DNA of 37,501 nucleotides from Nemertoderma westbladi (Eukaryota > Animalia > Xenacoelomorpha): NCBI GenBank assembly GCA_032718475.1, contig JAUCBJ010000898.1, forward strand, positions 1 to 37,501. Direction: 5' to 3'. The notes beneath the pieces were generated by a model. The model was not told the origin of the DNA and made no database searches. It saw only the letters and a program-made list of their open reading frames with translations. How positions within the stretch are numbered: the first letter of the stretch is position 1; the number at the start of each line of letters is the position of its first letter. The position numbers were made by a program, and so were the translations under genes. Positions 24,391-35,633 of this stretch are shown here, piece by piece.

Positions 24391-26677
24391 GAAAAGAGTA
24401 AGGGAAAGCTATGGACCTTTCAATAACCTAATGGAACCAAAGCACAACTGGATTACATCCTTATAAAAACAAAAAGTGGAGAAACCGCATGATCAACTGC
24501 GAGGCATACAGCTCGTTCAACCTAATTGGTTCGGACCACAGAATTGTGACTGCAGAGATCAGACTCAGTTTGAGAGCCAGCAAACCCAGGACAAGCAAGC
24601 AAATCAAATATGACTGGGAGAAACTCAGAACTGACAATGCTGTAAAGGATGCTTATACAGTAGAAGTTCAAAACCGCTTTGAAGCACTTCAGTCAATGGA
24701 TGAAGACCAATCCACCAATTCAATATACCAGAATATAATAACAGCCCACAAGGAATCAGCTAAGAGGCATATCCCCCAGAAACCCAAACGAAAACAGTAT
24801 GTGCCATGGCAAAACTCTGAGGTTACTTGTAAGAGAGAAGATCTTAAGAGAGCCTACAAAGTTAAAACCGAACAACCAACAACCGAAAACATTAACAAGG
24901 TTGAGACAGCTAAGGACGATTTTAAATTGTCCTACAACATCAGCCAGGAAAAGTACATACATGATAAAACTGAAGCAATTACAACTGCTCACATACAGCA
25001 ACAATCAAGACTTACCTGGCAAACTGTAAATGAGGTATCTGGTCGGAAAAGTTGTGCAAAGGGGCGCCTCAAAGCCGATAGTCCTGAAGAACGTGTTGGG
25101 AATGGAAAAATCACTTCAGCAACTTGCTTGGGCAGCCACCAAACATCGTGGTCAGCCCTACAAGGAAAATATATGACAAGACACTACCTATAGAAACAGG
25201 GGACTTCACACATGCCGAATTCCAAAGAAGCATTATGTCCAATAATAAAGCGAGTGGATTAGATGAAGTCCCAGCGGAGGTATGGAAAACCGGAGTGCTA
25301 AACAGACCATTATTGAATGTCTGCAACCGGATGTTAAAAGGGGAAAAGCCACCACCAATTTGGACTAAAGGTCAACTAAAGCCTCTCCCCAAGAAAGGTG
25401 ACCTCGGCATACCAACAAACTATCGTGGGATCTGTCTGCTTGTGGTAGCTGCCAAAATATACAATAAAATGATTCTATATAGGATTAGGCCACACATAGA
25501 GAAACTACTGCGTAAGAGCCAAAATGGATTTCGACCAAGTAGATCAACAATAGCTAAGATACTTGCACTACGGAGACTGATTGAAGGAATTAAGTCAAAG
25601 AATCTCCCCGCAGTCATGACTTTTGTGGACTTCAAGAAGGCATTTGACTCCATCCATAGAGGTAAAATGCTTGAAATCCTAAGAGCTTATGGAATACCAG
25701 AAGTGATTGTTGCTGGCATTGGATTGTTATATTGTGACACAGAAGCGCAGGTACTCTCACCAGATTGTGAAACTGAGTTTTTCTCAATCCTGGCTGGCGT
25801 ACTGCAAGGTGATACATTAGCACCATTACTATTTGTAATTGTGCTGGATTACGCAATGAGGACGGCCACAAAGGGTGAAGATCTGGGATTCACACTTCAA
25901 GAACGCAGAAGTAGTAGATATCCGGCAACTACAGTCACAGACACAGACTTTGCGGATGACATCGCCCTGCTCTCTAATACGCTAGCAGATGCACAGCTTC
26001 TGCTAAATAAAGTGGAGAGGGCTGCTAAGGAGGTTGGATTGCATATAAATGCTACAAAGACCGAATTTATGACCTTTAATGTTGATGAAAACTTGACAAC
26101 CATTGATAATAATCAACTAAGGAAGGTCGATGACTTCCAGTACCTTGGAGCATGGATAGAGAGTAGCAAAAAGGACATAGAAGTTAGGAAAGCAAAGGCT
26201 TGGGTAGCTCTATTAAAAATGGATACCATCTGGAATTCAGATCTCTCCAGGCACCTGAAGACTAAGTTCTTTCGAGCTACAGTGGAAATTGTATTTTTAT
26301 ACGGGGGTGAGACCTGGACACTGACTAAATCACTTGAACAACGAATTTATGGTTGCTACACAAGACTACTAAGGGCAGCCCTAAACATCAGCTGGAGACA
26401 ACACATGACAAAGCCGAGCTTTATGGTACAATACCACCTGTATCAACCACCCTCCGTGAACGCAGATTAAGATTCAGTGGGCACTGCTGGCGAAGTAAAA
26501 ACGAGGTCATACCAGATCTACTTCTCTGGCAACCAACTCATGGAAAGCGTAGTCGTGGACGACCTGCCATAACATATATAGATCAACTTGAAAGGGATAC
26601 TGAACTTGGGAGAAATGAAATTGCGACAACTATGGAGACTGTCCGAGTTTGCTCGACCTAGTAGTAGTAGTAGTAGT
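24391..26677 (+). mobile_element. 5'-truncated RTE-like LINE (end of APE, RT), two frameshifts, (TAG)n tail
   Basis: QLDYIL, IGSDHRIV; NYRGICL, QNGFRPSRST, FVDFKKAFDS, GVLQGDTLAP, DFADDIALL, RRLRFSGHCWR; frameshifts near 25100 and 26410; TAG repeats from 26660. Confidence 0.93.
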
Positions 26678-27046
26678 TGCTATTGTATCGGTGATTGACG
26701 ATGTTGAGAATTTGCAAGGCATTACTCAATATATTTTTTTACCTCGGATCATAGCAACCGGTTGCTTTGGCAACTGCGAATAAACAATGAACATAGTTTA
26801 TCACTAGGGAGGGGCCCGGCCCCATGGTGACTCATACAAAATATTGTGGCAATCGGTCCAGCCTTTCATGAGATACCTTGAAACGGACAGACGAACAAAC
26901 AGGCAAAAGGACATTTGTTGAATGCTCTATATATAGGTTGATTATTTAGTGTTTAAAACTATTCAAAAATCCGACTACAAAATTTCGATGTGTTTTGATG
27001 AAAATTTAAGTTTTTATAGCACTTTACATGGGCACAGGTTTTTTTT
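26678..27046 (-). mobile_element. Helentron/DINE-1-like repeat, copy 2 (inverted relative to 23428-23860)
   Basis: CCGACTACAAAATTTCGATGTGTTTTGAT is nearly the reverse complement of ATCAAAACACATCGAATTTTTGTAGTCGG; GGACAGACGAACAAACAGGC microsatellite. Confidence 0.55.
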
Positions 27047-27403
27047 TACTTCCCCGTAGTACCGGTAAGTCTAATGATAAGACAGACAGGACTGTTCAAA
27101 AATTATTAGATCGCGAATTTCCATAGGAAATCTATATATACAAATTTTCTGATTAATAATTGTACTGTAGGTCCGAGATTAGACAATACCATATATGTTT
27201 TCCTTTTTTTGGTAATAGTTTTACTGCGAATATGCCCGAATACAGTATTGGGCTCCTATACTTGATTTCATTAAACTGAAACGTATAATGCACAATATAC
27301 ATGTGCACCCTTTACCACGGATGTTTGGCCAAATTTCATTTCATTCACAGCATATTATTGCGCTGTAGAAGATTCATGTTGTTATTAAACAAGCGCGAAA
27401 TCG

Positions 27404-27475
27404 CGGAATGTGGGGATTGAACTCGGTACCTAGAGATTCCAAGTCCCACGCTCTGCGAAGTGAGCTACTGGGATC
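27404..27475 (-). pseudogene. Degenerate tRNA-like sequence (SINE head or tRNA pseudogene, TGG in loop position)
   Basis: Minus strand GATCCCAGTAGCTCACTTCGCAGAGCGTGGGACTTGGAATCTCTAGGTACCGAGTTCAATCCCC: A- and B-box-like motifs, imperfect stems. Confidence 0.55.
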
Positions 27476-28201
27476 GTACGCAGCTTTAATACCAAAACAC
27501 CAATTATTATTATATTATTGTCATGCCATGAAAAATATTATTATGAACATTATCAAAATTACACAGAAACACGACCATTATCAAAAATCATACATAAACA
27601 TGACCAGTATTAAATGTATATTACAAATGAATAACCAATACCAACAACACCATTAACTATTCATTATTTATTTAATTACTATTAATTATTATTAATTAAG
27701 CATTAACAACAACACCAACACCCCAACATCACCGAGTGAATACTAGATGTGGGCAATTCCACGGTGTCGGACGTTATGGATATTCTCGATTTTTGAATGT
27801 TTTTCTTTAAATTTACGAAAATACTTGAATTTTTGACATCAGATTGCGTTAAATAAATGAGACAAAATATTAATCTTTAAGAATATCGCAAATACTCTGT
27901 TTTGGGAAACGTTATTCTTCTTAAACAGTTGACTTTAAAAAGGTATCGGACGTTACAAAAATAGGATACATTTTAAAGTACATATTTTACTTTTGATTGC
28001 AATTAATGCCGAAGAATAATAATTAAATGCTTGAGTTAATACAATTATTTTATTCTTTAATTGTCAAGCTGAAGTAAAAACCTTACCGGTAGGTATGCCA
28101 GTACAGTACGATACAAATACTAAAATAAAAAAGCAACTGACCATTAGACGTTGCATGCAATCAGTAATCAGCTGACAGCCGTCAGCTGATTACTGATTGC
28201 A

Positions 28202-28522
28202 AACCGGGTATTGTACAAATTTAGGAATCGCGTAATTTTTCTTGAAATTAATATCTCATATCTCTCCAAACCACGTACGCGTTTCGACCTTACTTGGGTC
28301 TCATCAGCGTGGTGTCGGATTCGAACCTGGGACCTCGAGGTGGAAGCCGAGACTACAACCACTAGGCCACATGGTCTTGAGATATGGAGTATTAATTTCA
28401 AAGCCAGCTGCCATTTTATTAGCCCCTGATTTTTATTATTGATAGTAACAATGTGTTGGCAAGCTGTATTTTTCGAGGTATTTGTTATTATACATTTATT
28501 ATAGGAAGGGATCTAGGGGTCT
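28202..28522 (-). mobile_element. Retrozyme-like element, inverted partial copy spanning the monomer junction
   Basis: Reverse complement matches about 28942-28982 joined to 28571-28851 with few differences. Confidence 0.85.
28265..28319 (-). ncRNA. Minimal type I hammerhead ribozyme, copy A
   Basis: Minus strand ACCACG CTGATGA GACC-CAAGTAA-GGTC GAAA C GC GT A CGTGGT. Confidence 0.88.
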
Positions 28523-28677
28523 AGTATAACAAATATATATAACTCTATAACTCTATAGTCTCTATAACATATACCTCGAAAAATACAGCTTGCCAACACA
28601 TTGTTACTATATCAATAATAAAAATCAGGGGCTAATAAAATGGCAGCTGGCTTTGAAATTAATACTCCATATCTCAA

Positions 28678-28737
28678 GACCCTGTGGCCTAGTGGTTGTA
28701 GTCTCGGCTTCCACCTCGAGGTCCCAGGTTCGAATCC
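28678..28737 (+). promoter_or_regulatory. tRNA-like internal Pol III promoter directly upstream of the hammerhead (mirrored at about 28317-28376 on - strand)
   Basis: A box TGGCCTAGTGG (28685-28695), B box GGTTCGAATCC (28727-28737). Confidence 0.8.
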
Positions 28738-28788
28738 GAAACCACGCTGATGAGACCCAGTAAGGTCGAAACGCGTACGTGGTTTGGA
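28735..28788 (+). ncRNA. Minimal type I hammerhead ribozyme, copy B
   Basis: Stem I AAACCACG/CGTGGTTT, core CTGATGA 28747-28753, stem II GACC-CAGTAA-GGTC, GAAA 28768-28771, palindromic stem III ACGCGT, predicted GUA cleavage after 28777. Confidence 0.9.
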
Positions 28789-29668
28789 GTGATATGAGAT
28801 ATTAATTTCAAGAAAAATTACGCGATGCCTAAATTTGTACAATACAGGGTTAAAAAGTACGCATGAGATCGGATTAGTCCTACAATTGCGCACATAAAAG
28901 ATAAGTTATTTTCGGTAAACTAAACTTATCACTCGAGGTTAAGACCCCTAGATCCCTTCCTATAATAAATGTATAATAACAAATACCTCGAAAAATACAG
29001 CTTGCCAATACATTGTTACTATAAATAATAAAAATTTGGACCGTGCGGAACGTTACGTGTTGGACGTTACATAATAATTAGCAATATTTAGCCACCTCTC
29101 TCGGCTTTATTATTCATCTTTGGAATGAGATCTAGATATCATTAGAACCGCCTTCATCTGCAGATTCCGAATATGAAAACCATTTTAAATTTCACCAATA
29201 ATTGACAAACATATTATCAAAATACTAAGGTGTGAATTTTGAGTCGAAAATATCGTCTTTAATATGAATCACACTTTGAACATACTCGTTAGATTGAACC
29301 AATGTTGTACGAAATTGACCGACAATCAATTTGGTTTTAGTCCAGGACTGGGTACCGAGACTTGTATAAATATGTTGAATACCACACATATAAAATATTA
29401 TTATAAATATAAAGTTAAAGTTAAATAAAAGATCAAGTTACAGGATTATAACTCTAAATATTGTAAAGTTTTGCCCAATATCGTCGAAATGGTCCAATAA
29501 GTCACATTTTCATAGTTTTCTTCATCATCTGATCAAATATTCTAGTTGCATTTTCATATCTTTCTTTCTCCATTTTAGATGATGCTCGTGCAACTTTTAT
29601 AGATATTAATTCCTTCTCAAAAGTTTATTGACTCGGATTTCTCAACACATTATCCCCCATTTTCGGCA

Positions 29669-30187
29669 CTATTGTAATTTTCTTTGGAGTCCAATAATAT
29701 AACATATCATTACAGTAATTAAATAATTAACGGACACCATCCACAGAGGGTGGAGCGTGGGGATTCTACACAACCACATTGCAGAGTTCCCGCGCCACAA
29801 GGCGACAGAGAGCCGTTGGAAGAGGTGGCGAATGGCTTCTCCTGTAGGGATTCCTCGTCTGAGACCTTGCATTCTGGCAATCTCACGAATGGTGGAGGAT
29901 GAGTGAGAATCCCATCCACCTAGGGCTTCAACCACAAGTGGGGTGAAGCCTGTTCCGGAATTCCTGCACTCAACCAAGTGAGCAGCAAGCTTGCGGTCTC
30001 TGGCGATGGATTGGGCGTGGCCTGCATCAGCAGCAGCGCCATCTACAGTTCGGGCCTGCAGGGAGGAAATCACTGTGATATCTAGGGCCATTGGGTGACC
30101 ATGATGCCAATTCGGTAGGAAAATGTCGGCAGGGCGGCTGCGGGAACCTGGAATGAGGCCTGGCACAGGCAAAACCTGGCACTTCAC
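29669..30187 (-). mobile_element. 3' fragment of a non-LTR retrotransposon with a restriction-like endonuclease (CRE-like)
   Basis: RPADIFLPNW..MALDITV..FTPLVVEALGGW..LFQRLSVALWRGN; GC-rich island in AT-rich transposon DNA; possible GGCACT TSD (29665, 30178). Confidence 0.8.
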
Positions 30188-31699
30188 TCCGGGGCGCTAA
30201 TCCGAGTCGAAAATCGCAATTATTGAAACCTATTTTTATTTATTTATGTCTTTTATACTATACACTACAATTTAGACATTAAATAATAATAGTGTCGGAC
30301 GTTACAAGTGTCGGACGTTACAAACTTCATTTACTGAAATCACAGCCTTTGTGGTAGCCTGAATTGCTGTAAATGGCATAAGAGACGCCATCTTACGTCG
30401 GCATTGAGTTATTTGAATTTCGATATGGTTTGCCAAACAATAGAGAAGTAATTGAGAAAAATTGTGTCGGACGTTACATTTGGATACAGGTAGCTTGTAA
30501 TGCTTATTGTATGATAAGCGTTTTATGTTTATGTGGTAGAACTACCTCATTGGAATGTGCATTTACGGCAGATTTCAATGATACCAAGGATAGCCTATAT
30601 GGATAATAAGTAAAAAAATATTTCGCCTTGAATTTTGGTATTTTTTTTTTCGTTTTTACGAGTTTTATGTGTTTTCTTGATGATGGTCGTTATAATCGCA
30701 AAATTTCCTACTTTATACCCTCAAATCAATGTAAATTTTGTCAAATTCGAAAAATTTAGAAAATTTTAAAAAATAAATCATGACATATTGCTTATTTTTT
30801 AAAGATTTATTTTTTTCATATCGTGGCCCCTTTTCTCTGGAAATGCCCATGTCTCGCTACACGGACCTAAAAACATATTTCGTTTGAGCAGTAATTACTA
30901 ACTACTGCCCTACATATAAATATATGACTAATAATAAGAATGCAAAATGCTGCAAAAAATTCAGGAAAAACCGCGAGAAAAACCGCAAATGATTTTAGAG
31001 CAAAACAGAACAATCTTAACACATCATGCAACTAGTGAACTATTATTACTAACTATTATATTCTCGAACAAAAATAATAACTATTTGAACTCTGAAGTAC
31101 TGTAGTAGCTAAATAGGTAAACCAAGAATCATTAATTGTTTTATTTATTTGTATCACATGACATTAATTTCGCGCTACCAAATCGCCAGGGATACATATT
31201 TTCTAACTTTACATCGCAGTGCGACATTATTTCTCTGTATGTCCTTACGCCATACATTTTACTGTACTACTATGTATTTACACATTTTCCAGTATGTCAC
31301 CAGCGGCATTTTAAATACAGTATAATCAATCACATGACGTCATTCGAATATACACAATATCTATTTCACAATTCTAAAACTTACAAAAATGAAATTGGTG
31401 AAATCAAACCTCCAACGGGCTTTGCATTCATTACCCATGAAAGCTTTTAGTAAAAACATATATTCTGGAACAAATATTTTTGTTCTCGAACGAATTTTAT
31501 AAAAGCTTTAAAAAATGTTTTCATTAATGTGGTTGCATTATGTCACGGAAATTATGTTTTCTATGTTTTCTAGAACATTGTATGTTAAATGTATATTTAT
31601 AGCCAAGATTAATAGCTAAGACGCTTATAGCTGCGAAACTCCGAAACTTGAATAATATTTCAATAATTCAATATTTTTTTATATTTCATCCAGAGCTGT

Positions 31700-32200
31700 C
31701 CGTCAATTAAAAGCATACTATCTGTCTAAAACATTCCCTCTATTGGTTTTCGTTGTCGGCGACTTAATTTCTGATGTCATATATCAAAATTTGGCCTTGT
31801 CGGTACTGTCTGTATGCCTGTCAGTCTGTCTGTCAAAATAAAACAGACAGTCTGACAACCAAGCAGACAATTTGGAAGTCAACAAATGTTAAAATTGACA
31901 CTCGAAATGAATTTTGCGACCAGGAGAACCCCGTTAGCTAAACTTTTGGCTAGATGGTGCGCCTTTTTCTTATATTTTTTTCAGACAGATAAGTCGGTTA
32001 GTCAGAAGGACCGACAGACAGACAAACAAGATTTCATTAAAAGTGATAACTGACCTCAGAAATAAAATAATCGACCAGGAAAACCCCCACATCAAAAATC
32101 TTAGCATGAGTTTATGCTTTCTTGTTGCTATATATATATATATTGACCGACATTATCACATATTTACAGACAGTATTTGCGCGGGAAGGTTCAAACTTTA
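31700..32200. repeat. Probable non-autonomous repeat with (GTCT)n and (GACA)n tracts
   Basis: TGTCAGTCTGTCTGTC at about 31820, GACAGACAGACAAAC at about 32013, repeated GACC..GGA(G/A)AACCCC at about 31918 and 32073. Confidence 0.35.
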
Positions 32201-32771
32201 AATTATTTATGTTGGACAAAGCTTTGCCCTGTTACTACTATTGGTTTTCAGTGAAAAAACTGTGTTAAGATAGCGCTACCCCCCAACCCCCCCCCCCCCC
32301 CCCCCCTTAATGCATTTTTAACCATCGAGGTTTTATAATCATTATAATCATTTTTATTCTAGAACACTTACAGTAGCTATTAATAGCTAATTTCAACAAA
32401 TAATGTTTAATTTCAGCCAAAGTAATAGGCATTTACTATGTTATGGGTACCCAATTTTTTGTCCAATTTTTTCATATGAAAATGACTTTTAACATTTTTG
32501 CTAGTATTTTATTGAAATTGTAAATAAATGTGAAAACAATGATTGATATTACAGGTTTAAAATACAACAGGTTAACCAATAGTTTATAGTTTATATTATT
32601 TTTTTCTTATATTTCTTATTTTCATTTTAAAAAACAACGTGAAAACGAAAATTTTGTCTTCCATGTGTTGTAAATATAACAAGATTATAGTGAAAAAATA
32701 TTTTTAACACTATAAAAAAGTTTGTTGAAAAATGGTGTCCCATTGAAAATGCCGGAAGGACCAACGTTTAA

Positions 32772-34797
32772 CCCTATTAGTACCGGGCTATAAAATGTTG
32801 TACAAATACAGGAGGGTGGTCATATTGACACCCTTCCCCTTCTAAAATCTACAAATTTTTACGAAAACGTCTGATTTTTTGTTTGTACGTAGATATCACT
32901 AGTCTGGATCCTACCTTTCTAATAAATGTAATGGGGTGGTTATATTGCAGCACCAAAATTACAAGTAGTGCATAATTTTCACAAAATTTGAAAGTTACAT
33001 TTTTCGGCTAATTGTTTTTCAATACAGGTTTTCTGGGGAGCAAAATACATTGGAGAATATTTAGAAATGATATAATTACTATAAATGGCTGTTTTGTTTA
33101 GTCCTCTATGCGTAGGAAAAATATGAAAAAAACAAGTAACCAGCACTTTTCAGTTAGATTACACAAAATTTTTTAATTCACTTATACGATGCTATAAATT
33201 AACATTTTCAGGTTTTCTAGGGCACTGATTCTAATGGAATACATTTCTAATATGTCAAATCATTGCTACTTGTATTTTTCGGCTTAATTTGGCAAATTTT
33301 GGTGCTACTGTAGCACCAAATTTCGTACCAATCACCAAAAATTACAAGTTTGCGATGTCCAGTGCTGTTTTTATTGATTCCATCGGATTCAGAACCATCA
33401 TAAACCCGTCTAACACAAGAAACAAAATGATACTATCACTGATAAATTTGCTTATTTTTCAAAAATGTGGTGCTGGCACAACAATTTTCACCCACCGGCG
33501 AAAAATACAACTTAGAAAACTCTTATGAAATTTTTACTGATTCCATTGAATTCAGAACCCTCACAAACCCGTATAACGCAAGAAACAAGGTGACACAATC
33601 AATTGATATATTTGATGATTTTCAAAATTTGGTGCTAGCACCACATTTTGCACCCAGTTCCGAAAAATACAAGTTTGATATATCTAGTTCGATAATTATG
33701 TATTCCATTGAATTCAGAACAGCCATAAACCTCTAAAACGCAAGAAATAAATTGTCATAAGCAATTTTATCTGGATAGTTGGAAATTAAGCACACAATCA
33801 AACACAACCAAACACACCCAAACACAATCAAACACAGTCCAAATGTTAACCAATTTTGTCAAACACAGTCCAAATCAGAAAGCCAAGGTAATTCTACGTC
33901 AGTTTGTATAAAAATTATTTTCAAAATGTCCGCACAATGCCACTATTATTGCCAATTTATATCTCAACGCACAGCTGGACTGGTTGCTAGGCACTAGTGA
34001 CGTTGGCCTTATATCCCCTGTACACTGATGTACATACAGTACAGCCTCTGGTAGAGGTAGGCAAGGCATAGGTATTTCAGTATTGCTATCACATACCGGC
34101 TGACCGGTAATTTGCGGTAATCGAAATTTGCAGTACTGCAGTAGCCCTAGCTGCCTAGCCCTACAGACAGACAGAATAGATTAGGCCTACTGGATTACGG
34201 GTACCATAACAAATAGCGGAATAAAATACAATGATTTAATGGATTTTCAAAATTTCGTGCTAGTACCAAAATTTGCACACAGCACCGAAAAATACAAGTT
34301 TGATACGCTTGGTGCAACTCGTATATATTTCATCGAAACCAGAACCCCAAAAAACCCCAATTGCGTAAAAAACAAGTTTCAAACAATCAATTTACAAAAT
34401 TTACATATTTCAAAATTTGGTGCTGGCACCAAAACTTTGCACCCGCTGAAAAAAACAAGTTTAAAATTTCTAAATTAAATTATATGAATTCCATCCAATT
34501 GCTAAAACCAAAAAACCAGTGTAAATCAAAAATAGAGATGTTACAAATCATATTTAATGAAATGAAATTTTCAAAAAACGTCTCAAAAAAGTGCCAAAAC
34601 TACGGTTAAAAACTGGTGCTATAACTCGAAAATTACCCAATATTTTTGAAAACGGTTTTCAATACTAGGAAGACAATAGATTTTTAGGAAAAGTATCAAA
34701 ATTTCAGATTCCCAACTGCGTTTGTTTCAGAATTATAAACAAAAAAACCACGGGGGGGGGGGTTCATATTGACCCCCCCCCCCCGGGTTTAATAGGG
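32772..34797. mobile_element. Non-autonomous piggyBac-like element (2026 bp) with internal repeats of about 165 bp
   Basis: TTAA-CCCTATTAGTACCGGG ... CCCGGGTTTAATAGGG-TTAA; subterminal TCATATTGAC at both ends; AAATTTGGTGCT-type motif at about 33294, 33463, 33625, 34250, 34413; no transposase ORF. Confidence 0.85.
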
Positions 34798-34913
34798 TTA
34801 ATCTCATGAACTTATGTTATTATTTTATTATTATTATATTATTTCATATCGTACATAATTTATTGTTTCCGTAACTCTTCGTCTCCTATAAAAACACCAT
34901 CAATAATTTGGTT

Positions 34914-35633
34914 ATGGCTGTATTTATCCATTCCTATCCAGACTGGGTTAGGCAAATGGAGGATTATATGGTGAAATGCGAAATGTTGATTAGTTGTTTT
35001 ATTTATGATATAAATGTAGTCACGCAAACTTTATGGACACAACTAAAGAGATTTAAATATGACTCAGCGTGGATGGAGCATGATAACTTCAAGAAAGCAT
35101 TAAACTTAAAAACGTTGAATGCAAATCACGAAATTTTTGCAAGTTTACCACATATCATCTCTGGAGAGCTGTCCTATTCAATTCCAAATATTGAAATTAC
35201 AGTTCCTGAAATTATATCTTATAAGTTAGATTATTATCCGACCCAGGAATTCTTGGATTCGCCTGACACCGTAAGAGAAACAGAGGAAAACTATCGAATG
35301 TATGGTTGCTGGGAAACCAACAGGGAAATGTATCCTCGTTTCATCCAATGGTACGAGGTATGGACCCTTAAAATGCTGCAAGCGAAACACCTGTACGAGA
35401 ACTACTTCCGCTGGGCAGTGAAGGAGGCCTATAGGAATACAGATATGCGAATAATTGAGTCTTATCTGTCTGCAGAGTTGAACAATGGCGATAGAGGTAG
35501 GTCTAAGGTCTGGGGTGCATGCTTACTACTAGGATCGGCATGCTGCATTGCAGCTGCATTTTTAAGAATGCTGTGCCGGCTTGTCAACAAAATTGCACCG
35601 CCACAACTCCCTATCACCCATGACATTTCCTAG
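34914..35633 (+). CDS. Hypothetical intronless protein; about 195 native codons, then read-through into the antisense LINE tail
   Basis: Long open frame in AT-rich DNA; TATAAAAA at 34887, 27 nt before ATG 34914; last about 45 codons overlap the LINE 3' end. Confidence 0.5.
   Translation: MAVFIHSYPDWVRQMEDYMVKCEMLISCFIYDINVVTQTLWTQLKRFKYDSAWMEHDNFKKALNLKTLNANHEIFASLPHIISGELSYSIPNIEITVPEIISYKLDYYPTQEFLDSPDTVRETEENYRMYGCWETNREMYPRFIQWYEVWTLKMLQAKHLYENYFRWAVKEAYRNTDMRIIESYLSAELNNGDRGRSKVWGACLLLGSACCIAAAFLRMLCRLVNKIAPPQLPITHDIS

Larger units (their letters stand above)
28571..29035 (+). mobile_element. Retrozyme-like element: 412-bp monomer plus about 50 bp of the next unit
   Basis: ATACCTCGAAAAATACAGCTTGCCAA(C/T)ACATTGTTACTAT at 28571 and 28983; contains the tRNA-like head and hammerhead; non-coding. 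Confidence 0.85.
27751..30848. mobile_element. Non-autonomous DNA transposon, Sola2-like, carrying nested insertions
   Basis: TIR GGGCAATTCCA / TGGAAATGCCC (10 of 11 match); 4-bp TSD ATGT at 27747-27750 and 30849-30852; motif (TGT)CGGACGTTA repeated near 27766, 27945, 30293, 30309, 30466. 5'-GRG ends with a 4-bp TSD fit Sola2. Confidence 0.7.

Noticed and set aside
28168-28893. ORFs of 66-93 aa duplicated on opposite strands
   Set aside because: By-products of the inverted non-coding hammerhead element
33289-34609. Similar short ORFs inside the piggyBac-like element
   Set aside because: They arise from the internal ~165-bp repeats; no transposase motifs
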